From Geosiphon pyriformis uo1 (taxonomy: Eukaryota > Fungi > Glomeromycota), in the NCBI GenBank assembly GCA_016748015.1, contig JAAOMT010000003.1:500373-564372 (forward strand): a DNA stretch of 64,000 bases, given 5' to 3'. The notes beneath the pieces are model-generated. The model was not told the DNA's origin and searched no databases. It saw only the letters and a list, made by a program, of their open reading frames with translations. Positions 10,365 to 25,176 of the stretch are shown piece after piece (positions within the stretch are counted from its first letter, which is position 1; every line of letters starts with the position of its first letter). The position numbers and the translations under genes are program-made.

Positions 10365-11814
10365 TTTATACATTTGAAAGTTCTGTGGGAAATAGTCCAT
10401 CTTATACTCGATCTGTTGAGAGAAACCTTGTGATTGGGTCATCGCGATGATGTAATCAAAAAAAATGAAAAACATGATTAACCCATTTTTGTGAATTACA
10501 AGATTTTTAAAATACAGAAATCTTTTTACTTTATTTAAAATGAGAACCTATTAACAATTATCAGCCTTTTTTAGTTTTTAAAAATGGGGACAGGTTTTAG
10601 TGGCTATATTAGTATATAGCCAAGAATTAGATTTGTTAATGGCTGAAATTTTGGAAATAATTCCATGTATTAAGAAAATAAGTTTTTTTTTACAAGGAGG
10701 CTACAAGACATAGCTATTGCATTATTTTTTGGTTTATCCGTTGTAAAAACACATAATTTTTAGAGAGTTTAATATTCGTTATAACAGAATTCTTCTTTGA
10801 TTTACACAATAGTTTTTAACAATAGATAAAACTTTGAAAATAAATGCTAATAATACAAATTACAATATTTAGCTAGTATTTTAATAACAGTACAAATATC
10901 TATTTATTGATATTAACTATAAACATAAAGTTTAAAAATTTCAAATAGCTTAATAATTCCTCATCTTTAAAAGAAATTATCACTTTTGAACCTTCTTGGA
11001 GCTAAATATATCATTCTAATAATTAGTAGGGTAAAATACAGGTCTGTTAGTTATAAATTTTCCTGATAAAAATATGCGCTATTTTAAAGAAACCATATCA
11101 CATTTTCTTAAATGACTTTTACTAATTTGGTTAAGAACGATTTCTCAATCCGCTAAACAATGGAAACTTCATTCCTAACCTAAAAAATCAAGATATATTT
11201 GACAATAAGGGTCATTTTCTTTACATGCTAATTTTGGAACACAAAATTAATATTAAAATCGGGATTAAATGATTTTAGAATAAATTTCTGGAGATTAATT
11301 CTATAAAATGCAACTATTGTTAAATGAAGACCTTTTTTCGCTAAAAATTTTCAACTCGGATTTTCTAAAGTCATGAGAATTTTTATATTTATTCAGTAGC
11401 CCAAATTTGGGATATTTTTTGTTTAATTATTTTTATGTTTGTACCATAACAATATTTTATAATGAATGAAGAAAGTGACAACACATTTTAACGAAAATAA
11501 TAAAGATTTTAAAAAGCTTTTGATTTTATTAAAAATATTTATAAATTAATGTACAGTTGAATTTCATATTTTAAAAAAATAAAATTTGTATAATTTAAAA
11601 TAACATATTTTAGATTTATTTATTTATTAAATAAAACACACATGCATTTTAATTATAATAAACCATACTAATATTATTATTATTATAATATAAAAGCGAA
11701 TTTAATTTTTATCATATAATAATATTTGCTATTATTTTATTTTTTTTTAGTTTTTTGTAATTTATTTACAATAATAAAAATAATGTTTTGGTTCATTTTT
11801 TATTAAATAAATTT

Positions 11815-12210
11815 TTAGGTGGTTCCAGAGTGGATGGTAATGATTCATCGTGTACATGAACAAAGCAATATTGTCGAGGTTTTTTCCTGAGAAAGTTGAA
11901 CGAATTATACAGAGACCAATGTTTTGTGAATACATTCTTTGGGTTCACTAAATGTTGTGCAATATTGGCTTCCTGCTGTTGAAGATCTTCTTATACTGAT
12001 GATTTTTCCTTGGCAGAAAACAATTTTGCCTTGCGAATAATTTTGTTCTAAGCATTACGAAGGGCATAATTAAGAAACCTTTCATCAGAAACTTCAAGAG
12101 AACATTTATGGTAAAAAGTTATTCGTTCTTCATCTTGAAAAAATATATTCCCAATAGGCGTCGAAATGATTTTAACTCCAGTAATTGGGGGAAGCAAAAT
12201 GAAGACCTTT
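11815..12210 (-). pseudogene. Decayed coding fragment of unknown family
   Basis: GC-richer island with a ~130-codon frame broken by only two stops (VFILLPPITGVKIISTPIGNIFFQDEE...NA*NKII...SV*EDLQQQ...PSTLEPPK). Confidence 0.3.
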
Positions 12211-13348
12211 TAATGGCGAAATAAAATCTATCGCAGAGCAGGTCAAACGCCAATGAACTGCCCACAAAGCTGATGCAATGAAGAACAGCGAGAAAAAATA
12301 ATGCCCACTAGTATATTTGAATGAGAGAGTGAACAATCATCTGCCAACTGAAATCCAAAGATCTACTTCTGAAATATCTTGCTTCAAAAATTCATTGATT
12401 TGTCCGGAAGCACTTGCTACAATCTTTGAAGTCTTACCACACAAGCCTCAAATCGATTTTACGGTAGACCTTTGGGTTTGCGTGGCTTATATGTGACATC
12501 ACAAGCTCGCTTTATCTAGTTTGTTTATACTATCTTTAAATGTTTGGCTCATAATAATCAGTTATCTACTCTATCAACGTGTTTTCGGTATTTATCTATT
12601 TAGTTTTCGACAAACTTGTGAACGTTATATGCAGGGCTTTCTGTGCAATCCAAAAACGCAAGAATATTCGCTAAAATCCTTAAAAAGTAATAATTAATTA
12701 CTTACAAGTAACATTTAGTTTTCCGACCATAAACCAATCACAATTCTAGCATTAATGCCATGCGTCTAATTAAGTGAGATCTATTTACTTCATAACCGAG
12801 AATTTCAAACTTTTTTATGCACGGCCGCGTTTCATTTAATTGTACAACGCGTACAGTGCATGGTTTTAACAGACGAATAATGTTTATTGTGCTAAAACCC
12901 GAATAGACCTTCACGTAATGTTAAAATCTTTAATATCATAACCCTCCTCTCCCTTTTCCCTCTTTCCCTAGTCGTTCTCTTGTTTGGTTGTTTCTGAATC
13001 CCTCACCTTTCCCTATTGCCTAGCAGCAATAGCTTTACTCATTCTCTTTTAATTTATTACTTTCCCCTCTACTTTTTCCTCCCTCTCTTCAAAGATTTTT
13101 TCTTTCGATTATTTATTAATTTGCTGTCTACGACAAATGTTCTTGCAAGTCAAAGCAATCTCGTTTACAGTGACTTCTTAAAAATACCTTCGAAAGCATC
13201 TTGATAAAAAATACTCAATTATTCTACAATTCATCCCAAATTTCGTAAATAATACTTTGAAGATATAACTTTTTACCATCAATCAATTGACTTTTAATTA
13301 TTAAAATTCCATTTTGGAATTTTTGCAAAAAAATTAAAAACGAACAAA

Positions 13349-16320
13349 ATGTCCTACCAAGATATTTATGGTAGTTATTATTCACAACCACAACCATCGC
13401 CTGGCGGATACCCTCCAAGACAGCCATCACCACCACATCAACAACAGCAATACTATCAAAAACAACAACAACAATCACCACCACAACCAACGCTTCCAAT
13501 AATATCAACACAAAATGCTTACCATCAATATAATCCTCAACCTGCCATCGACCATAATTTGCAACGACAAATCCCATATAACGATCATCCCGTTAACATG
13601 AATTTTAAACAACCATCACCTGCATTTTCCGAGAAAGCGGACCGCCGAAGAGTGAGTAAAACATTTTTTTTGTGATGATTCATACAATTAACTAAATGAT
13701 TAGTGAATTGTTGAAAGATATGTTCTAAAATTTTTTATTCAATTTTCTAAATATATATTATTCCTATTTACAGTCCTTCCGTCATGTCGAACTCACTTAT
13801 GGAAATCTGGTGCTTGATTGTCCAGTTCCGGACAAAATTTTGCGAAATGTAGGTTATACCTCCGGGGAAGAATTCACAAAAATGAGATATACGGCTGTCA
13901 CTTGTGATCCGGACGATTTTTCCGATCAAAAATATACACTTCGTCAGAAACAATATGGCCGGGAAACCGAATTAATGATTGTAATGACTATGTACAATGA
14001 AGATGACCAACTCTTCGTTAAAACCATGAGTTCAGCAATCAAGAACGTTGCACATCTTTGTACTCGTGACAAATCCCGGACTTGGGGCCCTGAGGGCTGG
14101 AAAAAAGTGGTTGTATGCGTGGTATCCGATGGTCGTAACAAAATCAATAAGCGCGTTCTTAAAGTACTTGGTGCGATGGGTTGTTATCAAGAAGGCGTCA
14201 TGAAAGACAACGTGAATGGAAAAAATGTCACCGGACATGTATTCGAGTATACCTCACAATTGATGGTCGATAGTAATATGGATGTCCGTGGAGCCGACAA
14301 AAAAATCCCCCCAGTACAGATTTTGTTTTGTTTAAAAGAAAAGAACGCAAAAAAATTGAATTCCCATCGTTGGTTCTTTAACGCTTTCGCTGCACAATTG
14401 GTTCCTCGCGTTTGTATCTTGCTGGATGTTGGAACAAAACCATCGCATACTTCAATTTACCATCTGTGGAAAGGTAAGAATTCTAAAATTATTTGGTTGC
14501 CCAATCTTTTTATCAATTTTTAAAATATATAAATGAAATATTTTGCCAATTGAATATTTAGCTTTCGATCGTGATCCAAGTGTGGGTGGAGCATGTGGTG
14601 AAATTTGTGCAGAGCTGGGTCGTGGTTGCTTAAACACCCTTAATCCATTGGTTGCCTCGCAAAACTTTGAATACAAAATGTCTAATATTCTCGATAAACC
14701 ATTGGAATCCGTCTTTGGCTATATTTCTGTATTGCCCGGTGCCTTCTCCGCTTACCGTTACCAGGCGTTGTTGAACACGTCACGAGATAAGGGTCCTTTG
14801 GCTTCCTATTTCAAAGGTGAAACTATGCACGGAACGGGAGATGCTGGAATATTCGAGGCTAATATGTACTTGGCCGAAGATCGTATTTTGTGCTTTGAAT
14901 TAGTTGCGAAAAAGAATGAAGGATGGAAATTAAAATACGTCAAGGTAAAGAAGCTGAAAACAAAATTAATAATATTGATGGAAAATTGATTAAAATTTCT
15001 CTTTCGATCTTCCCCCCATTTCTTCAGGCGGCAAAAGCCGAAACTGATGTACCAGATACCGTGGCTGAATTTATTTCCCAACGCCGTCGTTGGCTGAATG
15101 GCTCCTTCTTTGCCGCTTTCTACTCGATCGCACATTTCGGGCGTATTTGGACCTCTGGTCAACCATTTCTGCGTAAGATTCTGTTACAAATCGAGTTCTT
15201 TTATAATGCTGTGAATCTATTTTTCAATTGGTTCGCTTTGGTAAGTTTTTTATGAGATTAATTTCAAAAAAGATCTCGGAGCTTGTACTGAGTAAGTTCA
15301 ATTTCTTGTAGGGAAATTTCTATTTGACATTTTACTTCTTGACTTCCGCTACCACCGCCGTCCCAGCAACTGACCCGTTCAAAGGCTACGGTGATGAACT
15401 GTTTCAAGCTGTTCGTGGATTATACATGATGGTCATTGTTGCTATATTCATTTGTTCGCTCGGAAATCGCCCACAAGGATCAAAGTTTATTTATACGCTG
15501 TGCATATTACTTTTCGCATTCATCATGGGAATCATGCTCTATTGTGCGTTTTACACAGTATATCTTAGTGTACCGCATAAAGTATCGGAATATAAAAATA
15601 TCAAATACTACCTAAAACAAGCTGGATTCCGTGACATTGTAATCTCGCTTGCTTCAACTTATGGACTTTACTTTGTCACTTCAATCCTTCACGGTAAACC
15701 GTGGCATATGTTTACTTGTCTAATTCAATACGTCTTCTTGGTTCCATTTTACGTGAACATTTTGATGGTCTACGCTTTCTGTAACACTCACGACGTATCA
15801 TGGGGAACAAAAGGGGATAATGGGAATTCTGGGGATTTAGGAGGTGCAAAGACGGTCACAAAAGATGGCAAACAAATGGTTCAAGTTGAGGTACCTTTCG
15901 AACGTGAAGATATCAATTCCGCCTATGATCAAATGTTGCGAGAATTAAAGGTCAAAGTGCATGAAGAGAAACAACATCGCGATGCTGCCACAAAAAAAGA
16001 CGACTATTATCGAATGTTCAGAACCAACTTGGTGTTAACTTGGATGTTTTCAAATGCTCTGCTCATTGTTTTCTTCACATCAACATGGTGGAGTAAATAC
16101 ATGGAGAGCAGATCACATAACAAAACCTATAACCCGTATTTGACATTTGGTAGGTTCTTCATAATATATGTCTGTTTTTTAGAGAATTGTCCTGATCCTT
16201 TACAATCTCTTAAATTTGGAAAATTTCTGTTTTTCAGTATTTTGGTCGGTGACTGGCCTATCTGCAGTTCGAGCATTTGGCAGTGTATGGTATCTTGTGC
16301 TAAACCTTATATTCGGCTAA
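13349..16320 (+). CDS. Chitin synthase, division 1 (class I/II/III type), 6 exons
   Basis: [77 protein letters not shown]; ends ...LNLIFG* at 16320. Confidence 0.97.
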
Positions 16321-19300
16321 TTAATATCGTCAATAAGTCACCTCAAAAAAGAAACCATCAACCCACATATACCATTTATCATTTTTTTTGACGTGTACAG
16401 AAATTTTGGTTTAAAATAACGAAAAAAGAGTAGAGAATATTATGTATCTATAACTCGCTTTACAATGTTGAAGTTATCACTCATTTCCTAACCTTCATTA
16501 CACAACCAAATATAATCCATTTCATTCAATATACCACTAAAGGGAGTATTTTGTATTTATGTGCCATATTTTATATTTATTATTTAAATTCTAATAGAAT
16601 ATGTTTTTTGATTTTCATTTCAATATTTATTTAAATGTTAATAATATTAATTATCTTGCTATTAGAATAAAAGATTTGGAAAGTTTCAATTGAATGGATT
16701 TTTGCTCTGTGAATTTCAATAATTGGGAAATATTTTTTCCAGAGTTCTAATCAACCAGTATTTTATCAACGAAACCTCTTGTAATAATATTTGATTTGCA
16801 GGCTCTTAAAGAGAAAAATCAAAATCCGTTTTTAGTGACTTTTGAAAGTTTAATACACAAAACGAGTGGATTAATATATTCTTTGTAATTTAATTTTATT
16901 CATCATGTTTATTACATGTATTTTTCAAGTGTATAGTTTTTTTTATCTAAATGGAAATAGATTTTTTATCAAAACAAAAAGAAGATAACGTTCTTTTCAA
17001 AGTTCATGCTACATGAATGAGATAATGAATAGTAAGGACTTTGACAAAGGCATATTAAAGAAAAAATTCCTTTATTGATTCATCATTAAATGGGCTGAGA
17101 ATATTATCAACCATCAAAGAGAGTATTCATTGTTTACTGTTAATTTTTTTTGTGATTATAAAGAATGATTAATTTTTCTATAATAACAAATCACCTAATA
17201 GAAGCACAAAGATAAAACTTGTAAATGAGCTAAATCCTATATTAACCTTATTTCTCAATTCACAAATGTGTACTCTGTATATACCCAATAATATATTTCA
17301 ATATTATCTTTTTGAAGATTTTTAGAGAGTACAAGTGTTGAGTCCACTTCATTCTCAGTAATGAGAATAAAACCAAAGCTACTTTTCAATCAGGTTGCTT
17401 TTGTTCATTTTTTTAATAATTTCAAAATATTATCCTTAAACTGCTCCAAGTGAACATGTATAAAACTTTATTTCTTTCTGTTAAAAAGCCATCACTGTTT
17501 AAAATTTTTACAACGGTTCAGTGAGCACATAGCTTCTCATAAGATTATTGCGATACTAAGGCACCAAATTAATGATTTGTTTGTGATTCTAAGTGAAATA
17601 AAATTTATGTAATTTATCTTTCCTAAGCATTCAAATCTTTCCAAATTTATTATTTGAACGATTGAAAAGTTTATGAAACAAGCTCCATTTGATACAATTG
17701 TTGATTTTTTTTTCATTAAATAAAATATGGTTTTGTAATATAATTCACATCAAAACAACCGCCAAGTGAGTTTCATATCTAATAATTAACAAAAGAAAAT
17801 AAATGAAAGCTTATTTATGAGGTAATTTTATAAGAATATGCTCTGGTAAAATCTACTTGGTAATAATATTTATTATTTTTTATACAGAAAGTTTAGCGGA
17901 TAAGCTCATTTCCAAATTTTAATTCGAATTGCCTATGACTCACAATTTTGGTAACAAATTTAAGCAATTATTAATTAATTAATTAAACACAAATTTAAAT
18001 CTAATAACTTAGAGTTTTAAAGAGATACAAAGAATAAAGTTTATCAAAATTTTAAATTTTTTTTTTAAGTATACGTATGGGTACCCTTTTATTATCAATC
18101 TTTATGAATATCATAAAACAAGTCAACCCCATAAAATTCTTATTCTGAATACATGTTTCTCTTTCTTTTCAAACTCTTTTTTCTCATAATATTAAGATAT
18201 CACGAGTTTCAAATTCCTTAATTAAAACAGTCAACTGCTATTTTTGTGAGAAAAATAGCATAGAAAATTCAGTGATCAATTGAATTAGAATTTAAAACCT
18301 TTGTTGAAATTTTTCTTTCAAATTTAAAAATAATTGAAACTTTCAGAGATAAAGTTTCAAATTTTTTCCTTTATAGTTTCACCAGTTATAATCTTTAGCA
18401 GATGTTGAATGAAAGGATATTATATTTTTAAAACTATGTCACAAATTACATAATAAAGGTAAAATATGATCGTTTATATGGAATAAAAAAAATTGATCAC
18501 ATCTTAAAAAGGAAAACATTTCATTTTTTTTCTTTTTCCAATTTAATTAATCCATTCTAATGTTTCAAGTAAATCATCCTGATTGACAATAATTTGTAGG
18601 ATCGAAGTCCTAGGTTTAAAATATTATTTGTGGTAATTTAATATTGTCATGACTATCAAAAAACTTATTTTAAAATTTATAGTTAATATAAGAAAGTAAA
18701 TCTTCAAAATATATCGCTAATTTAATTTAGATTACTCATCCGATACCTGAAATCCCAATTTAAATTATTTTTGGATAGCCTGTTTACTGACTTCTCGAAG
18801 TTTAGACTCTAAAAAATTATCCGATAAGCTTAAAATTCTGATTCATGGATTAATAAATTTGATACATTTTTTTTGACATTTATGACAGGAAGAGATAAAT
18901 CATCTCATGAAATTAATGTAATCAAGAGCAAATAAAATTACAAGTAATGTTTTCTAGAAGCTCATAAATTAATGCTTTCTCTCAAATTAATCCAGTTAAA
19001 ATAGTCTGCAACTTAAGTATCTTCCTATTGATCTTATGTTGAACGTAACAATGATTGCTGCTTGCAAATTTCTGTGCTCAACATTCTTTGTTAGTTTTAA
19101 TTGTCATATTAAAGAAATTCCTGCTAAAAATAAAATTTTCACCACAATAGGTACATTTCTAACGGATTCAACAATTTCCACGTTGAACTTCTATATATGT
19201 ATGTATGTATCTATGTATGCCAGTGTAACTCATCCAAACTGATCTCGCATTTGTCTGCTTACATTTTCCCCAATAATCTATTAGTGGTTAGACTGTTGGA

Positions 19301-20624
19301 TTGACTGCAGCAAATGTATTTATTTCTAATGACTTTGGAAAAAACATTCATTCCAACTATTGCGAAAGTCATAGCACGTGATAGAGAAGCATTTATCTAG
19401 ATTTGCTATATGAGAATTACTTGTGAAATGTTGTTCAGAAATCAATTTACTAGATTCCAGCTAAATTAATTGGATCAGAAATTAATAGGAGACATAACAC
19501 TTAAAGAAAAGACAAATTCAATTCGAGGACCAACAATAATCTTACAACTAGGAGCAATCAATGCTGATGTCGAACAATATTAGAGGTTTTAACAAACTCA
19601 TAAATGATTTTCTGCCTTGTTAATATTTCAACAACAAATGTATCAAGATTTCCGCATTTGAATCAAAGCTTGAGAATTATTTCAGAGATTAGAAATAAAC
19701 GTTACCAGATAATCCGGGGAAATATTTTGAGAATATATTCCATTTGTGAGTGAAATGCTTTCTGCTTAATGTGAAATAAAGATTAGGATAAAAATAATTG
19801 GTTCTTTTTAGGATTAGTGCCATAAATTTACTGTAGAAATGTTGCAAAGTTGCTTGATGACAAAATTTAAGGTTCTTGTGCAACGATTTATGTCAGACAT
19901 ATTTTTATCCAGACCAATCAATCGATGTTATATAAATTTTTGAAAAAAAAACAGATTCGTTAAAAAAGAAACAATCTATTGGCTAATCGGTGAACATTGT
20001 AAGCCCATCCTGAATTTGGAATTTTATAAAAAATTTGGGATTTTTAAAATATATATTGTCTTTTGCGGGTCCACGCGGATCATGACACGCGCTTCTTCCC
20101 GCATTTTTATATCGAACCGAACCGAACCAAACCAAACTAAACCCCTTTAATATTGGGAAAAGCCTAATGTATCAGAATATATTACATGTTGTACATCCAC
20201 ACTCATCAAAATTTCTCTGTGTTGCCGATCAATACTTTATTCCACATAAAACTTCGAAAATGTGCCCTTTCTATCTATCTTGTGAATAGACCTTTTTAAG
20301 TGACAAGACTGATTGCGCATTTGCATAGCGTACAGAAGGTCGCAAGCTATCTCCATTAATGTACAAACCTTGTGTTTTTTTTGACAGAGTTATTTTCGGA
20401 TATCAAAAATTTTATATATAACTGCTTATTTTCGTTTCTTCCTTCCCTCCTTGGCTTATTCACTGTTTTGTTCTTCCTTCTTCTTTGTACATATATAAAA
20501 AAGGGGTAGCCACAACACTCGTAAAAAAAAAATTAAATTTCCTTCACCATAATTTTTTCAATCATCATAAATTAATAATAATATTCAATATTAAATAATA
20601 CCAATAGCCAAAACTATAATCATA

Positions 20625-22338
20625 ATGAGAGGAAAAACTCAGCATACTGTAAAACCTATCACTACCAGTGGTTCAAAACGCCAAAATTCTGTATATCGGG
20701 ACGTCAATTTTCACGACTATATCAATAATAATCCTGACATTCTTTTGAATGGTATTGGAGAGTATCGATATGTCCGGACATTGGGCGTAGGCAAGTTTAG
20801 TCAAGTAAACCTAGCAGCACATGTTTTAACTGGCGAACAGGTAATTATTGGAATTCCTATCTTTGACATAAAGATATTTCAATTTTCACTAATCATCTGC
20901 AATTTTATTCTTATTTTTCACGTCTCTAATAGGTTGCTATCAAAATCATAGATAAAACCGCTTATGATCAAAGAATTTTTAAGCGCCTCTATCGTGAGGC
21001 TTTCCTTTTAGAAAAATTGAATCACCCCAATATTATACGCTTATACGAAGTGATCGAAACAAAATACACCGTCTTCCTGATAATGGAATACGTTGACGGG
21101 TATAATCTAGAAACTTTCCTTGACTGTCAAAAACAAGGATATATGGATGAGGATCAGGCACGAAATATTTTCATTCAATTGTTAGAAGCTGTGAAATTTT
21201 GTCACATGAATCATATTGTCCATAGGGATCTAAAGGTAATTGAATTCTTCCTATTTCTTCTTGTTTTCAAGAATTTATCTTGAGAATAGTCTAGATTTCT
21301 AAATTTGCTTGCTTTTTCTCCTTAGCCACCGAATGTTTTAATTACCAAACAAGGCAAAGTAAAGTTGGCCGATTTTGGTTTGGCAAATGTTTACAGTGAA
21401 GACTCAAGGTTAATGACACTTTGTGGTATGTGTATGCTCAATATTTTTAAATATTGCTTTTCAAAAATTTTCGATTAACATTTCGTTACGCTTTATTTTA
21501 AGGCTCAATGCTATATTATTCCCCGGAAATTGTTTGCGGCTCAAGATACAAGGGTCCAGAGGTGGATACCTGGTGTCTTGGTGTAGTATTATATAGAATG
21601 GTGACTGGTCGTGATCCATTCAAAGCGTGTACCGTTGGAGAATTGAAAAAACAAATTTGTAGTGGCCGTTATCGAATTCCAAAACATTTAAGTTGTCACC
21701 TTCAATCTATCCTTCGCAAATTATTAAACGTCGACAGTTTGGAACGTTCCTCTCTCGATATAATTAACAATGATCCCTGGCTGTATCCATCTGGGACTTC
21801 TCATCCTCCCTCTTCCATGCCAAAATATATGAGTCTAAAATCCTTTCGTACCGTCAAACGAACCGTGTATTGTGACGCTCGAAAAAGTGCTCGTAATTCT
21901 GGGATACCGGATTTGATTAATGATGCCTGTCATAATATGGAGTTGAATTTATTTCACCTAAATCATCATTTGAAATTCGGCTTTTCTATTTTACGGCAAT
22001 TACGCTCCCATGAATTCTCATGTTATTACACTATTTGTCGTCCCACCATGGTCAGTGAAATACTGGCCATTGTGGCTTCTGTTTGTCAACTAAATGGAAT
22101 TTCCTATACCTATAAAGATTCAAAAACACTTCAATGTGTTTATCGACGAATTATGCAAAAAGATGAAAATCTCATCGAAAAAACTAGCCTCTTTGAGGTA
22201 TCGACACATGATTCAAATCTGAAACTACAACTAGGAAAATTATCTTTTGCCAAGCAAAGTGGAAGTCTCAAGGCTTATAAACGAGCTTGTGAAATGATAG
22301 TGAAATCAATGAGCATTGCTGGGAAAAATATGGCCTAA
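20625..22338 (+). CDS. CAMK-group Ser/Thr kinase (MARK/Kin1/SNF1-related), 4 exons
   Basis: LGVGKFSQV, VAIK, HPNIIRLYEVIET, HRDLK|PPN, LADFG, TLCGSMLYYSPE, GPEVDTWCLGV; possible KA1-like C-terminus. Confidence 0.9.
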
Positions 22339-23539
22339 TACCAATCCATTTCATCAACAAATGCAAAATTTTGAATAGAAAAGAATGTTACTATGGCGAA
22401 AAAGGACGCTACACATTTTTTTTTTAACCCTTATTCTTCTCTCTATAAACCCTAAAATTGACTACTTTAATTTATTTTTCTCGGCTTCTTTCATACAAAA
22501 TACTTTTTAGGTTAATAATAGTAATAAGTTCTTTGTTTCCTATCTTGTAAATAAATATAGAATGATTAAAAACAATAATGCCTAATAATAAAAAATTCCT
22601 AATCAAGTACAATTCATATTTAAGATTTAAAGGGCAGGAAATTAAAACATTGATTATAATTTCTCCAGTTGCAATTTAACTGAATTTATGAGATTTGGAC
22701 TTTCATTTTGAGTCTACAAAAGCTTTTGGAATTAAATACTTTTTAAGAGATGAAAATCTAATTTAGTTTTCAAATATGTTTATGCAAAAAAGAAAAATCG
22801 GATTTTTTTTTAAAAATAAACGAAAGGTATATTTTTATATCGGGTATCGATCGAGGTATTGGTAATTTTGGTAAATTTTTTGAAAGGAAAAATATCAAAG
22901 TGTAATTTCATCAGACGACTTTTTTTTTTTTCTGGATCATGTGTAAGAATTTGAAATAAAAGATTTCAATTTTTTTTTTGTTGGATAAAAAAGGAAAATT
23001 ACACGCTTTTTTGATAATCGAAATTCAAGTCACAAAAAATCACTACATAAGAAAGAACCTAAACAAGTAATTTCCAAAATTCAGATTTTCACGCATATTC
23101 CAAAAATAAATAATAAATATTTAAACACCAATGATCGACTTTCTTTGTGGGTCAGCATTTTTAATAGGAAAAACTTTTGATGACTTGAAGTAATGAGCTT
23201 CAAAATAGAACATGATATAACATAAATAGCAAAATCTGTAAGAATATCACAAGACCTTCTTGCATTATTATTATGGCGTTCTTCAAAAAACACCCTAGAT
23301 TGCTTGATCGAAATATTCATCCCTTTTGATATCAAGTTATAAACTTTAAAATGTAAATTTTAACTGTAGAAGATCAATACTCTGGATCACCGAAAAATGA
23401 ATATTACAATAAATTAAAGCAAGCGAGGAAGGTATTTGATGCGGTTTTTTCTAAAAATTACGTAAAAGCTTTTTATGAAACAAATAAATCAAGTTTCATT
23501 TTCAAAAAAATCTACTCACCTCGATAATATCAAAAGAAA

Positions 23540-24944
23540 TTAGCCCAATAATCCTGATTCACGTATCCAACTAACAACCTTCCCTGCAATGATTTCACTA
23601 TGGTCTAATGAAAAATTTAACAATTTCAGATTTATCAATATTTAAAAATATAATCTCAATTTTCTCCCTAAACTGACCGACAACAAAGGCATGTTTTGTC
23701 CCCTCATCACATAGATAAATCTTGGACTCTGGGAATCTTCTCACAAGATCTTCATAATGTTCGACAGGAACCCAGCCGTCATTTTTTCCAAAGTAAAACA
23801 CATATTTTTCCAAATTCGCTTGATAAAACTCTTGATCCAAATCCAACACCTCCATCATTTCAGTCTCGGCCATACGTAGTGCATTCTTAAGAATTTGCCC
23901 GTGAGACAAGAGTTTATCAGCTGTAACCGAAAGAGCTGGTTCTGATTGCCAGGTTAAAATCCAGACCAGGGTCTTGAGTTTTGTGGGCCCGAGAAGCCAC
24001 CGAACAGATGCGATAAATGATGCCGCTAGGTTTCGGGAGCGTTCACAGAATAACAACTTGAAAAAAGTTTTATTTCAATTTTTTGGGGATGAAATCATTC
24101 CGCGAGAATAGTGAGAAGAGCGTAAAATAATTTTTTCTTAAAGTACCCTCAACTTCTTCCCATTAGGTGTATTTGCAATATGTTGTAATGTAGGATGCAG
24201 AGCGTAAATCTGCTCGATTCCATGATTTGGTCTTGCTCTCAATATCTGAAACGAATAAAATTTTCACCCAAATTGTTAATGTTCATTTAATGAAAATTCT
24301 AAATCGTATCTACCAAGCAATAAAATCCAAAATTTATTTATACCTCAGAACAAATAAACGCTCCAATAGAATGTCCACACAAGATAAATCTCGGGCCGCG
24401 TTCATCCTCACTTGTGGTAAACTTCTCCCTTAATTTATCCAAACACTTTATTTTGTGACCGATTTGGTCTTTTAGTGTATATAGTTTTTGGTCGTTGGGT
24501 GATGAAGACAATGATTCAGTATCCCAAGTGTGCCCTAAATGAGAAACTTTATATTTAAAAGTTTTCGTAGGTTTGATTAATATTTGTAAAAATAAAGTAG
24601 CAATAAAGATGCTATTGAAACCTCGTCAAAAGATTTCCAAAACTCATACCTCCTACGACAACCACCCTACACTCTCCCCTTTGACATTCCTCAAAGACTC
24701 TTCCCAAAAACGGAGTATAATAATCAATCACCCCCGGATTTCCCGGGATCATAAAGAATACCAAAGTTCTTTTATTATTCTTTTTATTATCATCTCTATT
24801 AACTTGTTGATTAGCTGATTCGAGTTCAATTTCAGACCACCATCGAGAATCCGTTAAATCCCCATCAACATCCGAAATGAATTCGGATGGTTGTCTGAGA
24901 GAAAGCTCGGTGATTAAAGTAGAGTTTGAGTCAAATATAGTCAT
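23540..24944 (-). CDS. Lipid droplet-associated serine hydrolase (LDAH/DUF2305-like alpha/beta hydrolase)
   Basis: FMIPGNPGVIDYYTPFL, nucleophile ILCGHSIGAFI, LHPTLQHIANTPNG, FYFGKNDGWVP, HAFVV. Confidence 0.88.
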
Positions 24945-25176
24945 TTTTTGGTCAGGCAAGAAGTCAGATTACGACAAATGCGAATAAGGTCAATTAATAT
25001 ATATAGTGTTAAAATTGATTGAAGATTCGGGGCTTCTCTGATTTGATCAAGATAATTCAATGGTTTCTATAATTTGAAGAGATCTTCCCGATGTTGATAG
25101 CAATATATTTTTTAGGATGATTTTTATAATTGATTACACGATCACTCGGAAATTTTCTTCGATGTTCCGAAAACAT

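Noticed and set aside
13768-15162. Antisense ORFs over the chitin synthase, and similar ones over other genes
   Set aside because: Shadows of the real coding strand with no independent motifs
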